Shown here piece by piece: positions 44,515-54,017 of a stretch of DNA of 56,602 nt (within the stretch, counting starts at the first letter, position 1; each line of letters begins with the position of its first letter). The notes beneath the pieces are model-generated. The model was not told the DNA's origin, did no database searches, and was given only the letters and a program-made list of their open reading frames with translations. Location: assembly GCA_038065695.1 (NCBI GenBank), contig JBBTQN010000017.1, positions 1-56,602 on the forward strand, written 5' to 3'. This DNA comes from Patescibacteria group bacterium (GTDB lineage Bacteria > Patescibacteriota > Patescibacteriia > 2-01-FULL-39-33). A program made the position numbers and the translations under genes.

Positions 44515-47500
44515 CTAATGTGCGTAATATTCTCTGATCACCTCTTCCGCCGGCTTGCCGACGGGAGTGTAATCTTCGTCGCTTGTCCCGCCTTGGTCCA
44601 AGGTCGGCTGCCAGTACCACCAGAAGATACCGCCCAGCCAATTTTGACCCCACAAGGTCTCGAGCGCCGCTCGGTAGCAATCGGCTTGCTCTTCCAAGTC
44701 CAGCACCTTATACCAAGGATGCTGATTAGTGCCATCGCTGCTCCGGTAGCCGATCTCGGTGAAGATGATCGGCCGGCCGTAAATATACCGAAGCGGACGA
44801 AGCTCATCCGCCCGAGACAGCCAAGCGGTCTTCAACTCTTCCAAGGTGGGATTGCTGATGTTGGTGAGTGGATAGTAAGCGTCCACGCCGACATAATCAA
44901 GTTCAACCCACCAATCAATGGCCGCCACTTCGCCGTCCCAATTCGCCGCGTAGGTAGTGAGCCCCGAGAAATGCTGGCTGACATACCAAAAGGTATTGAG
45001 CCAATCATTGTAGCGAGAAACCGTACCGCCAAGCTCGGTGCCAACGCAAAGCATTTCCACATTCAACTGTTCAGCCAAATCAGCGTAATGAAGAATCATC
45101 GCTTGATAGGCGCTAAACCAGGCCTGCCAATCGGTTTCTGTCGTGAAATTAATTTGGCCGCGCCAGTGTCCGGGGTCATTGCTCAAATCAAGATGCGGCT
45201 TGAGCATCACCTTTTGGCCGAGTTGATGCGCCGTGTTGACCGCTTGACGGATATCGTCATCGCTGACCGTTTTCTCTGAAGCGATATCAATCGCGGTTGA
45301 ACTGATCGTTTCTTGATAAGCCGTCACGACGACTGATACCCAATTCGCGCCTAACGCCGCCAGTTGTCCGAGGGCAGCATCACTTTCTGGCGTTTGGTAT
45401 TCACCGCGCCACCAAGAAGAGTAATTCATCCCTTTCATGAAACCAGCGGGCGCCGGCGGAATGGTTGGCTCAAGCGGCCAGGCGCCTGATTCCATCACGA
45501 CATAAGCGCCGTTTGGACTGCCATAAGCCACGATTGCTTTGCCGTTGGGAGCCAAAGCCATAGAAACTGAATTATAAGCTTGACCTGAACCGACGAGCAT
45601 TTTGGTGTTCCACCCCTGACCGTCATATTCAGCTAAATAAAGGTTGCAAAAGTAAACTCTTCCTCCTTCAATCAACTCGCTATGTTCTATGTCAACATAA
45701 GCAACGCGAGGTAAATCAGTGCCAGAATGAATGGCGATGGAAGTGTCCAAAATCGACTGCCCCGAAAGAGTGGCAATTTCATTTTGCCAACTTTGGCCAT
45801 CCCAATGGCTGTACCTCAAACTGTAGCCCGATGCCGACGACTGACCACCATGACTGATTCTTGGATAGCCGGTAATGGTTGAATAGGCCAAAGATTGACC
45901 GACACCCACGGAGTCTCCATCTTCCTCTACTATTCCCCCGCCTACCGACCCATAAAATCCTAAGCCAGACGGATTTCCAGTCCAGCCAAAGGTCTGATAA
46001 CTGCAACCAACCGTACCGGTGATTGGGTCAAACTTGGCTGACTCCAAAGAGGCATCAGCCCAAGACACAACCCCGCCTATCCATCCTGACGCGTCCGTAT
46101 AGTCGGCTCGGTAGAGATTCCAGTCGACCCCCACAGTATTGAAAAAAATGGATATTTTGGGAATAGTGTCGGTGTAATTGGGGTTGAAGACAACCGAGCA
46201 GTTGAATTCATTGGAATAAACAAACTCTTTCTGCCAGCCAGAGTCAGTCAGGCGAGCGCAATACAAATTGGTAGTTATTTCGCCTCCGTCCCAATAAGCG
46301 ATAATCGGTTGACCTCGATCGTCGAAGGTAAGCGAACACTGACGATTGGTGTAGATATTAAAGCCGGTATCAATCTCCTGCACTTCCCAGCCAGCACCCG
46401 CCAATTCGGCATACATTAGCTTGAATTCCGTCTCACTAATCCGGTCTATGTAAGCGACGGCGAGTTTCGGCAAGTACGGATCCAGAGCCAGACTGACTTG
46501 CGGCGAATTGGTGCCGCCGATTTTTACCGGTGATCCGAAGTCACCCAGTCTGACAATGACCGTTCTAATTGCCGGTGTCGCCGCATTGCCACTGGAATCG
46601 CTGACATTATAAGTGACAGTGTAGGTACCAGCCGTAGCAGTGTCCACGGTGCTGGTCACGATGATGTCGGCCGTGAGGTCGCCATCGTAGTTGTCATTGG
46701 CCGTGGCGCCGGCATCCACATATTCCACTCCGAGCGGAGTCGTCACCGGATTATCACTAATAATGGTAATCACCGGCTTGACTCTGTCCACGACATAGAC
46801 CGTTCTGGTCGCCGTCGCCGTGTTGCCCGACGAATCGGTGACCGTGTAGACGACATAGTAAGTGCCGACCACCGAAGTATTGACATTGCTTTGGACGGTA
46901 ACCGTCAAAGCGCCGTCATGATTGTCAATCGCGGTTGCTCCCGCGTCGACATAAACGCTGCCGACTTCGACTGTCACCGGGTTGCCATTACCCATTTGGA
47001 TATTGGGAGTGCGGTCTTCGCCTTCTCCCTCGCCTTCGCCTTCGCCACTCACCCTTTCGAGTGGCACAGTCACGCTCCCCAAAAACCCTTCACTAAGAAT
47101 AATGCTTTGGCCGTCTTGGCTGTATCGCATATCGTGATAATAATCTGGGTGTTCTCCTCTCGCATACAATTCATTACTGCCGATTTGATATTCCGTAACT
47201 ACGGAAATCGGTCCAGAATAATGATACATAAACGCGATTCTTTGCGAATCGGGCGAAAACGCCATGCCTTTCAAAAGCGAGCCAAAACCGGCATAGCGAA
47301 AAACTTCTTCGCCGTCCGTAAGAATAACCACATCACTTTGCTGTTTTTGGGCTTGATAGTAATTGTCGGGTGTTCGGATTCTCGCGCCGTCGGTCACATC
47401 GCCGTTGGGCGAGCCGACATTAATCGGAATCGAAGGCGGACACCCGTAAAGCATCAACACCGCCAAACACAAGGCCACTGCCGCGATTATCTTTATTGTC

Positions 47501-47532
47501 GTTTTCAACGTCGTTCTTTCTATCTTTTCCAT
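44515..47532 (-). CDS. Lipoprotein: GE linker, two DUF5011-like Ig domains, propeller-like region, C-terminal GH113-like TIM barrel
   Basis: AAGGAGGT SD before ATG 47532; LYGC lipobox; GNPVTVEVGSVYVDAGATA.DN.DG repeats; KVMLKPH, CVGTEL, TYAANWD, GVDAYYPL, FTEIGY. Confidence 0.88.
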   Translation of the reverse strand: MEKIERTTLKTTIKIIAAVALCLAVLMLYGCPPSIPINVGSPNGDVTDGARIRTPDNYYQAQKQQSDVVILTDGEEVFRYAGFGSLLKGMAFSPDSQRIAFMYHYSGPISVVTEYQIGSNELYARGEHPDYYHDMRYSQDGQSIILSEGFLGSVTVPLERVSGEGEGEGEGEDRTPNIQMGNGNPVTVEVGSVYVDAGATAIDNHDGALTVTVQSNVNTSVVGTYYVVYTVTDSSGNTATATRTVYVVDRVKPVITIISDNPVTTPLGVEYVDAGATANDNYDGDLTADIIVTSTVDTATAGTYTVTYNVSDSSGNAATPAIRTVIVRLGDFGSPVKIGGTNSPQVSLALDPYLPKLAVAYIDRISETEFKLMYAELAGAGWEVQEIDTGFNIYTNRQCSLTFDDRGQPIIAYWDGGEITTNLYCARLTDSGWQKEFVYSNEFNCSVVFNPNYTDTIPKISIFFNTVGVDWNLYRADYTDASGWIGGVVSWADASLESAKFDPITGTVGCSYQTFGWTGNPSGLGFYGSVGGGIVEEDGDSVGVGQSLAYSTITGYPRISHGGQSSASGYSLRYSHWDGQSWQNEIATLSGQSILDTSIAIHSGTDLPRVAYVDIEHSELIEGGRVYFCNLYLAEYDGQGWNTKMLVGSGQAYNSVSMALAPNGKAIVAYGSPNGAYVVMESGAWPLEPTIPPAPAGFMKGMNYSSWWRGEYQTPESDAALGQLAALGANWVSVVVTAYQETISSTAIDIASEKTVSDDDIRQAVNTAHQLGQKVMLKPHLDLSNDPGHWRGQINFTTETDWQAWFSAYQAMILHYADLAEQLNVEMLCVGTELGGTVSRYNDWLNTFWYVSQHFSGLTTYAANWDGEVAAIDWWVELDYVGVDAYYPLTNISNPTLEELKTAWLSRADELRPLRYIYGRPIIFTEIGYRSSDGTNQHPWYKVLDLEEQADCYRAALETLWGQNWLGGIFWWYWQPTLDQGGTSDEDYTPVGKPAEEVIREYYAH

Positions 47533-47572
47533 GACTCTACCTCCTTGCCTCGCCATAGGCGGGCTTTTTTTG

Positions 47573-47619
47573 TTAATAACCACTAATTGTCAAAGACCGA
47601 TTCCGGAGACCATCTCCAG
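47573..47619 (-). promoter_or_regulatory. Shared 47-bp leader, copy 1, with boxA-like GGTCTTTGACAA
   Basis: Identical to 49562-49608. Confidence 0.85.
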
Positions 47620-47993
47620 ACACCTTCGGTTTACTCCTATTTGAATAGTTTGTCAAAATTCCGTTCATTATCTCAAATGCCACTCCTACTTTCTCTACCT
47701 TGCTATTGTACACACTGCGCCAGTTTTTTTAGATGGTTTAATTTGGATAAAAAAGAGTCCAACGGGGTTTTAGCCATTGGACTGGCAGATCTGAAACTTT
47801 TTGTTTAATTAGTAGGAAACTTACCGAAATAAGCGAGGAAAAGAACTAAGCCGAAGATGATTATAAATGATTTATCAAGACAATCCCTTCACCTATATCA
47901 CCTTGACTTCTCTTAAAATCTAATCTAAGCTTTCACTAGAAGTCTAGATTTGGTGTCTAGATATGGCAAGTTCCTTAACAAGGAGGACCAAAA

Positions 47994-48782
47994 ATGAAAA
48001 CAACGATTTGCCGGATGCTGATGGGTTTAACGCTGATTCTATTGTTCAGTTACCCATATTCTTGGGCCCAAGAAACCCACAAGTTATTTATTGATTCACT
48101 TCCCCGGGGGGCAAAGGTTTGGGTAGCTGACAAGACCAAGCTCCCAGAAAAAATTGATTGCCCTCAAAGTGAAGAATTCTACAAAGGCATCACGCCGCTG
48201 GTCGTAGAGGTGAAGCCGGCAATATACGCCGTCCATATTCAGGTGCCTCTTACGGCCTTCGCGCTTTCCAAGCCGGCCAACACTATTGTTGAAAAGTTTG
48301 CCGAAGAATTCATGAAGCAGCAAGAAAGGGGCCCCTATTATCTCGGCGGAGGAGTCGAAAGCCCATTCCTTTGGTGCGGCAGCAGCACGACCACTTATAA
48401 CTATGAAGAAACGTCGGCTAAACCCGTTGCCTTGGGACACCTCTTTTACGCTAACTGCGAGAAAGGTGATGCGCGAATGGTCGGTATTTGGTGGCCGAAA
48501 GGCTTGTCCTTTGAGGATATGGAACCTCTAATGCCTCCGGAGAAAGAATCGTTCACAGTCGAGCCAGGCCCGATTGGTACGCTTACCAACAAATACAAGC
48601 TTAGCGGTGACAACCTGAAGAAGGTGGTTAATTCGCTAAAACGATCCGGAATGGCGATTCTTTCATTCGATGATCCCTTTGGCGAACCATGGAAAGTGAA
48701 CCTGGTTTTTTACCTTGGTCCGCCATCTGAACACAGCTTTTCGGTCGTCGTCGGCAAAGAGCCCAAAGTGAAAGAAAAATAG
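47994..48782 (+). CDS. Secreted hypothetical protein with PEGA-like N-terminus
   Basis: TTGACT-17-TAAGCT promoter; AAGGAGG SD; signal peptide; LFIDSLPRGAKVWV...KGITPL; terminator at 48823-48858. Confidence 0.8.
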   Translation: MKTTICRMLMGLTLILLFSYPYSWAQETHKLFIDSLPRGAKVWVADKTKLPEKIDCPQSEEFYKGITPLVVEVKPAIYAVHIQVPLTAFALSKPANTIVEKFAEEFMKQQERGPYYLGGGVESPFLWCGSSTTTYNYEETSAKPVALGHLFYANCEKGDARMVGIWWPKGLSFEDMEPLMPPEKESFTVEPGPIGTLTNKYKLSGDNLKKVVNSLKRSGMAILSFDDPFGEPWKVNLVFYLGPPSEHSFSVVVGKEPKVKEK

Positions 48783-48981
48783 TCCCAAATAATAAGAAGG
48801 AAAAACGGACTAAAACCTCAATGTCCTGTCCAATCACACGGTTGGCAGGACTTTTTTCTTTTCCTTAATTCCATCACTATTTCAAACCTTACCCTACTTC
48901 CTCTATGCAGTATTTGAACACCACCAAGTTTATTTATTGCATTGCCAAACAGTTAACCCCTCCCATGGGGAGGATAAAAGC

Positions 48982-49497
48982 TTAAAAAAAGCTTTTATAC
49001 CACCCCCTGGCGGCGGTTAAAAGATCGGGGGGCAAGGCCTGACTGCGCCGGTAGGCGTGAAAGCCATATTTTTTTGTTAATGACGGCCGCGGGCGTGGAA
49101 GCCAGGCCTTTGTTTTATAAAAAAAGCCCGTTGAGGGGCTTTGGTTGTTGGGATAAAACATAATAACTACCTTTGACCAACGCTGACTCCGACAAATTTC
49201 TGACCCTTGGCGATGAACATCGCCAAAAAAAATGGTTTGCCAGAAAAAAGCAGTCCTAGAGCCATCATGGCCATAAAGAATCATTAGATATCCTTTTGAC
49301 CATAAATCTTGATCAGTTTTGCTTTCCGGTTTTTGTTGATTCAAAATCTGAACGATATAATAATTGGTGTTTCGCAGGTTTTCATTGAGCTGATCGAACT
49401 TTAATATCAAAAGGTAATTCTGCCAACCGATAGCAATGGTCAAAAAGATGATTAAAAGGAATGCCACGGCCACATAACCATTTTTTATCTTTTGCAA
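48982..49497 (-). CDS. Single-TM hypothetical protein; 3' end doubtful
   Basis: GGAGGTG SD then TTG at 49497; TM followed by a coiled coil; the ORF runs through a terminator-like hairpin near 49119-49142. Confidence 0.5.
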   Translation of the reverse strand: MQKIKNGYVAVAFLLIIFLTIAIGWQNYLLILKFDQLNENLRNTNYYIVQILNQQKPESKTDQDLWSKGYLMILYGHDGSRTAFFWQTIFFGDVHRQGSEICRSQRWSKVVIMFYPNNQSPSTGFFYKTKAWLPRPRPSLTKKYGFHAYRRSQALPPDLLTAARGWYKSFF

Positions 49498-49561
49498 TAT
49501 AGCTTTCACCTCCCTTGCCTCGCCGTATCCGCCAGCTGGCGGAGAAGGCGGACTTTTTTGA

Positions 49562-49608
49562 TTAATAACCACTAATTGTCAAAGACCGATTCCGGAGACC
49601 ATCTCCAG
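49562..49608 (-). promoter_or_regulatory. Shared 47-bp leader, copy 2
   Basis: Identical to 47573-47619; TTGACA promoter upstream. Confidence 0.85.
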
Positions 49609-49857
49609 TCACTTTAGGCATAATCCTTTTTTGGACAAATGTCAACAAAAAAAACAGAGCTTTCGCTCTGCCTTCTAAATCAAGCCGATTATTTACCGTC
49701 AAAACATTTCTTGCAATACTGCAATTTATTTTTTGTCTTGCCGTCTTGAACCAGTTCAAATAAAACATAGGACTCTTTCCCGCATTTCTGGCAATACCTT
49801 GATTCGCCGGTAACAAACTTCCTTACTCCGGTTAGTTTGGTTTTAGTTTTTTCCATA

Positions 49858-50460
49858 TTATTTTTTTCCGCCGGAGGCGGATTTTTTAGTTTTTATTTTT
49901 TTCGGGACAATTTTAACTGAAGCTTTCCCGGCTTTATCTTTTTTTGCCGTCGCCGTCTCTTCTTCTCTGTCCGCTGGCAAAGAAACGGTCGGATTTAACG
50001 CTCGCAAAATCTTATCCAGTTTTGAGTTTAAAATTTCAAATTGTTCTTTGAATTGGTCGGGGGTCTTGGCCGAAAATTTACTCCCTTTATCAAAACACTG
50101 GCTGCAGTAGACCGGCTTGTCGCCAGTCGGTCGAAAAGGAACCTCGCATTTATTACCGCACTTGCTGCAAACCGCTTCAAACATCCGCTTGTTGTCAGAA
50201 TCTGACCTTTGGTAATTCTTGGCGCCCGGCCCGGCCGAATTCGTTTTGCCGTGTTTGCCAAAGCAGGTACGGCAAAAAACCGGACGATCGCCGGTCGGCC
50301 TAAACGGTATCTCGCATTCCTGGCCGCATTCGCTGCAGACGGCTTGGTGCATTTGGGGCCTTGGGCCTCGGCGGTCGCCAAAATCTCGCCTTTCAGGCCA
50401 TTTATCCCCTCTTGACCCGCCCGATCTATTGCTTCTATTATCTCTATTAAAATTTTTCAT
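49858..50460 (-). CDS. CxxC-x17-CxxC domain protein (two repeats)
   Basis: MHQAVCSECGQECEIPFRPTGDRPVFCRTCF and a second copy. Confidence 0.92.
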   Translation of the reverse strand: MKNFNRDNRSNRSGGSRGDKWPERRDFGDRRGPRPQMHQAVCSECGQECEIPFRPTGDRPVFCRTCFGKHGKTNSAGPGAKNYQRSDSDNKRMFEAVCSKCGNKCEVPFRPTGDKPVYCSQCFDKGSKFSAKTPDQFKEQFEILNSKLDKILRALNPTVSLPADREEETATAKKDKAGKASVKIVPKKIKTKKSASGGKK

Positions 50461-50552
50461 GATTTATTTCAGTTGGTTTAATTCGCTTGCTAAATTTTAC
50501 CTCTTTTTGGCTAAAAAGTCAACTGATTTGTCAAGAATGAAAATTTTTCATC

Positions 50553-50581
50553 TTGACGCTGACCGATAATTTTGCTATCAT
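50553..50581 (+). promoter_or_regulatory. tRNA promoter
   Basis: TTGACG-17-TATCAT with extended TG. Confidence 0.75.
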
Positions 50582-50613
50582 ATTTATTAGTTGATTAAAA
50601 TATTCCGCGATAG

Positions 50614-50665
50614 TCCCGGACGCTTGCAGTCGGGATCCCGATTTTGTCTTCGGCAAACATCGGGA
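50614..50665. repeat. TCCCG...CGGGA double-hairpin element in the tRNA leader
   Basis: Two adjacent TCCCG/CGGGA hairpins. Confidence 0.7.
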
Positions 50666-50692
50666 CTTGGTGACATCTTTAACAACCTATAT

Positions 50693-50767
50693 TCCGCGAT
50701 AGCTCAATGGTAGAGCAACCGACTGTTAATCGGTAGGTTACTGGTTCGAATCCAGTTCGCGGAGCCA
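50693..50767 (+). tRNA. tRNA-Asn (GTT)
   Basis: Acceptor stem TCCGCGA/TCGCGGA, anticodon loop CTGTTAA, GGTTCGAATCC T-arm, encoded CCA. Confidence 0.98.
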
Positions 50768-50804
50768 AACAAAAACAACGCCCTTGCGGCGTTGTTTTTG
50801 TTTT
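50768..50804. terminator. Bidirectional terminator
   Basis: AAACAAAAACAACGCC-CTTGC-GGCGTTGTTTTTGTTT. Confidence 0.85.
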
Positions 50805-50848
50805 ATATTTTACCAATTACGAGTTACCAATTACCAGTTGCTCGTCGT

Positions 50849-52147
50849 TTAAAAATCTTTCAATTTTTCCACTCCTTTAATCTTTTCAATTTTCTCAAGC
50901 GCCTTCGCTTCAATCTGCCGGATGCGCTCGCGGGTGACGTCAAATTCCTGCCCCACTTCTTCCAGCGTGTGCGCCACGCCGTCTTTGAGGCCGAAACGCA
51001 TTTCCAAAACTTTCTGCTCTCTCGGCGTGAGCTCGGAAATCACCTGCTTCACGTAATCGCGAAGAATCTGGAGCGCCGCGGCGCGGTCGGGACTGACCGT
51101 CTTCCGATCTTCAATAAAATCTTCCAAAACGCTGTCTTCGCTGTCATCGCCCACCGGCGTGCCCAAAGATATCGTCTCTTGCGATATTTTTATAATATGA
51201 TTAATTTTAGTAATCTCCTCTCCCATCTCCGCCGCGATTTCCTCGGGCATCGGCTCGCGACCCAAATCCTGCACCAAGCGCCTTTCCACCTGCTGAAACT
51301 TATTGATGTTTTCCACCATATGGACGGGAATCCGAATCGTGCGCGACTGGTCAGCCAAAGAGCGCGTAATCGCCTGCCTAATCCACCAAGTCGCGTAAGT
51401 GGAAAATTTATATCCTTTGCGGTAATCAAATTTGTCCACCGCGCGGAACAAACCAATATTGCCCTCTTGGATGAGATCTAAAAGCGACAAGCTCTTGCCG
51501 GTGAATTTTTTAGCGATAGAAACCACTAAGCGTAAATTGGATTTGATGAGCTTGTGCTTCGCCTCGATGTCTCCCTGCTCAATCCGCTTCGCCAAAGCGA
51601 TTTCTTCTTCACCCGATAAAAGCGGCACGCGGCCGATTTCCCGAAGATACATCTGGATGGAGTCGGCGGAGATATCGCCCAAGCCAACATCAAGACTAGC
51701 CAAAAATTTACTTTCTTTGGCCTTCTTCGCCTTGGTCTTCGGCTTTTCTTCAATTGTTTCTTTAGTTTTCGGTTGGATCAAAAAACCGCCGCTTTCCTTG
51801 ACGCTGACACTGGCCGCGTCAAGATCCGCCAGAAGCTCCTCATAACGGATAAGATACTCCTCGGGCTCGGGCATCGCCATCAAAATTTCCTGCTCGGTGA
51901 CAAAGCCGCGCAGCCGACCCTTTTTGAGCAAAAAGGTAATCGCTGCCTCATCGGGTTGAGGAGCGATTCTGACTATCCTTCCGGCTTTAAATTTTTTATT
52001 TTTGCGGGCGCTTTTTTTGTGCCGCCCGGAGATTGGCTTTTTCTTCGGCCTTTTTTTGCCGAGAGTTTTAGGTTTAGCCCGATGGGCCAAGTGTTTCGTT
52101 CCTTTGCGGGAGCGTGATTTTTTGATCCTGTCCTTGGTGTGGGACAT
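50849..52147 (-). CDS. rpoD: Primary sigma factor RpoD with a long basic N-terminal extension
   Basis: [54 protein letters not shown]. Confidence 0.96.
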   Translation of the reverse strand: MSHTKDRIKKSRSRKGTKHLAHRAKPKTLGKKRPKKKPISGRHKKSARKNKKFKAGRIVRIAPQPDEAAITFLLKKGRLRGFVTEQEILMAMPEPEEYLIRYEELLADLDAASVSVKESGGFLIQPKTKETIEEKPKTKAKKAKESKFLASLDVGLGDISADSIQMYLREIGRVPLLSGEEEIALAKRIEQGDIEAKHKLIKSNLRLVVSIAKKFTGKSLSLLDLIQEGNIGLFRAVDKFDYRKGYKFSTYATWWIRQAITRSLADQSRTIRIPVHMVENINKFQQVERRLVQDLGREPMPEEIAAEMGEEITKINHIIKISQETISLGTPVGDDSEDSVLEDFIEDRKTVSPDRAAALQILRDYVKQVISELTPREQKVLEMRFGLKDGVAHTLEEVGQEFDVTRERIRQIEAKALEKIEKIKGVEKLKDF

Positions 52148-52174
52148 TTAAAATAAATTTTATATTCTTAAAAA

Positions 52175-53977
52175 TTACAACGCGCTTCTTTGTCTAATGA
52201 GTTCGCAGAGTTCAGCGTAAACTTTATCCACCGCTTCTCTCGCGCCTCGCCTTTCCGCCTCTTCCAAATCCAATTGGAGCTGGTCAATCTTTTTTTTGAA
52301 AAAATTATTCGCCGCGATTTTTACCAGCATCGCCCATTCCGCTTTGGCGTCATTTTCTTCCAAGACGGCGAATTCGTCCCGCGCCATCAAATAAGATTCA
52401 TTGAGCAAATTATTGGACTCTTCGGAAGCGTTAATCTCTTCAAAATAATGAAGAAGCTGGTCAAACAAATCAAAATCCTCCTTATCGTCGAAAGAGCCGC
52501 TGTTTTTAGTATAAAACATAACTAAATCTTTGTAAATATTCCCCAGCCGGCTTTCTTGCCAGAATTCCGCCGCCGGCCCTTCGGAAAGTTCGCCGAAAAA
52601 TTTCGGGAAAGCCAAAATGATGGCGAGCGTCCTCTTGAATAACACGGCGTCGGCGTCGCTAACGATCACTGACCGTTTGGCCGATTCTTTGGGCGCGCGG
52701 CGTCGAATTTTATTTTTCAAAATCAATTCCCTTAAAATCCCTTCAGAAACGGATAATTTCTGCGCCAATTTCCTGACCCAATAATCTCTCTCCACCGGAT
52801 TGCCCAAACCGCTGATTTTTTGCAATAAAAATTTCGCCGCTTTTTTCTTACCCTCGGGACTGGCCGGGTTAAAATTCTGCCAAGCGAAAGCAAAATAATA
52901 TTCCATCGCCGGCCGAGCGGACAGGATCGCCTGCCGCCAATCATCGGGGTTGTTCTGGACGCATTCGCCCGGGTCTTTGCCAAAAGGCAGGGTGATGACT
53001 TTGACATCCATCTCTTCCTCAAGCGCCAAATCAATGCTGCGCTCGGCCGCTTTGAGCCCGGCTTCATCCATATCCAGAGCGAGCGCGAGATTATTGGCGT
53101 ATCTTTTCAAAATCCTGATTTGGTCGATCGTGAGCACGGTGCCGGAAATGGAAACCACATTTTTGACGCCTATTTGATGAGAGGGCAAGACATCCATGTA
53201 GCCCTCCACTAAAACGCAAAGATCATTTTGCTTAACCGCTTCTTTGGCTTGATAGAAGCCGTAGAGAATCGCGCTCTTGTTGTAGACGGCCGTCTGCGAA
53301 GTGTTGATGTATTTCGCCGGTTCGTCGCTTTTGAGCGTCCGGCCGCCGAAGCCGACTGCTTGGCCGTGAAGATTCAAAATGGGAAACATAATTCGGGCGC
53401 GGAAGCGGTCGTAAAAACCGGCGCCTTGATTTTTTGGCACCGCGAGTCCGGCTTCGCTGATTTCCCTTTCCGAGAATCCTTTTTTCGCCAGGAATTTTAT
53501 CAAATCGTCCCACGATTCCACGGCGTAGCCCAGACGATAATCAGAAATCGTCTCGTCGCTTATCCCCCTTTGTTTCAAATATTCGCGTGCCTCGCCGGCC
53601 AAGGGTGATTCCAATAAAACTTTGTGCCAATATTTGGCGGCGAGCTCGCACAAATCAATCAGGCGATTTTTATTACTTTCTTCAATCGGCGACTGGCGAC
53701 GCAAAACGACGCCGGCGCGTTGGGCTAAAATTTTCAACGCTTCAGGAAATTCCAAATTTTCAATTTTCATCAAAAAAGTAAAAATGTCGCCACCCTCACT
53801 GCAACCAAAACAGCGCCAAATCTGCTTTTGGCGATTGACCATGAAAGACGGGGTCTTCTCATTATGAAAAGGGCAGCGCGCCTTGAGGTTGGCGCCCGCC
53901 GGAATAAGCTTGACGTATTCGGAAATAAAATCAACCAAATCAAGCTTTGATTTGATTTCGTCGGTTTCTTGGCTCAT
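52175..53977 (-). CDS. dnaG: DNA primase
   Basis: CPFHNEKTPSF..CFGC, FRARIMFPI, KYINT, VEGYMD, DMDEAG, KDP. Confidence 0.98.
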   Translation of the reverse strand: MSQETDEIKSKLDLVDFISEYVKLIPAGANLKARCPFHNEKTPSFMVNRQKQIWRCFGCSEGGDIFTFLMKIENLEFPEALKILAQRAGVVLRRQSPIEESNKNRLIDLCELAAKYWHKVLLESPLAGEAREYLKQRGISDETISDYRLGYAVESWDDLIKFLAKKGFSEREISEAGLAVPKNQGAGFYDRFRARIMFPILNLHGQAVGFGGRTLKSDEPAKYINTSQTAVYNKSAILYGFYQAKEAVKQNDLCVLVEGYMDVLPSHQIGVKNVVSISGTVLTIDQIRILKRYANNLALALDMDEAGLKAAERSIDLALEEEMDVKVITLPFGKDPGECVQNNPDDWRQAILSARPAMEYYFAFAWQNFNPASPEGKKKAAKFLLQKISGLGNPVERDYWVRKLAQKLSVSEGILRELILKNKIRRRAPKESAKRSVIVSDADAVLFKRTLAIILAFPKFFGELSEGPAAEFWQESRLGNIYKDLVMFYTKNSGSFDDKEDFDLFDQLLHYFEEINASEESNNLLNESYLMARDEFAVLEENDAKAEWAMLVKIAANNFFKKKIDQLQLDLEEAERRGAREAVDKVYAELCELIRQRSAL

Positions 53978-54009
53978 GGTTGGTAATCGGTAACTGGTAA
54001 CTGGTAATT
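53978..54009. repeat. (TGGTAAY) heptamer array upstream of dnaG
   Basis: The same unit occurs reversed at 13885-13917 and 50810-50839. Confidence 0.75.
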
Positions 54010-54017
54010 AATAATTT

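Noticed and set aside
44494-45279. 261-aa plus-strand ORF and similar long antisense ORFs (23922-24377, 50792-51481, 5034-5354)
   Set aside because: Shadow frames opposite better-supported genes, with no motifs or SD
47533-47583. MVINKKSPP / MVINQKSPP N-terminal similarity between two ORFs
   Set aside because: Artefact of the shared non-coding leader; the SD positions put the true starts downstream
51960-52147. Lys/Arg-rich RpoD N-terminal extension as a novelty
   Set aside because: As I recall, such basic extensions are common in CPR primary sigma factors
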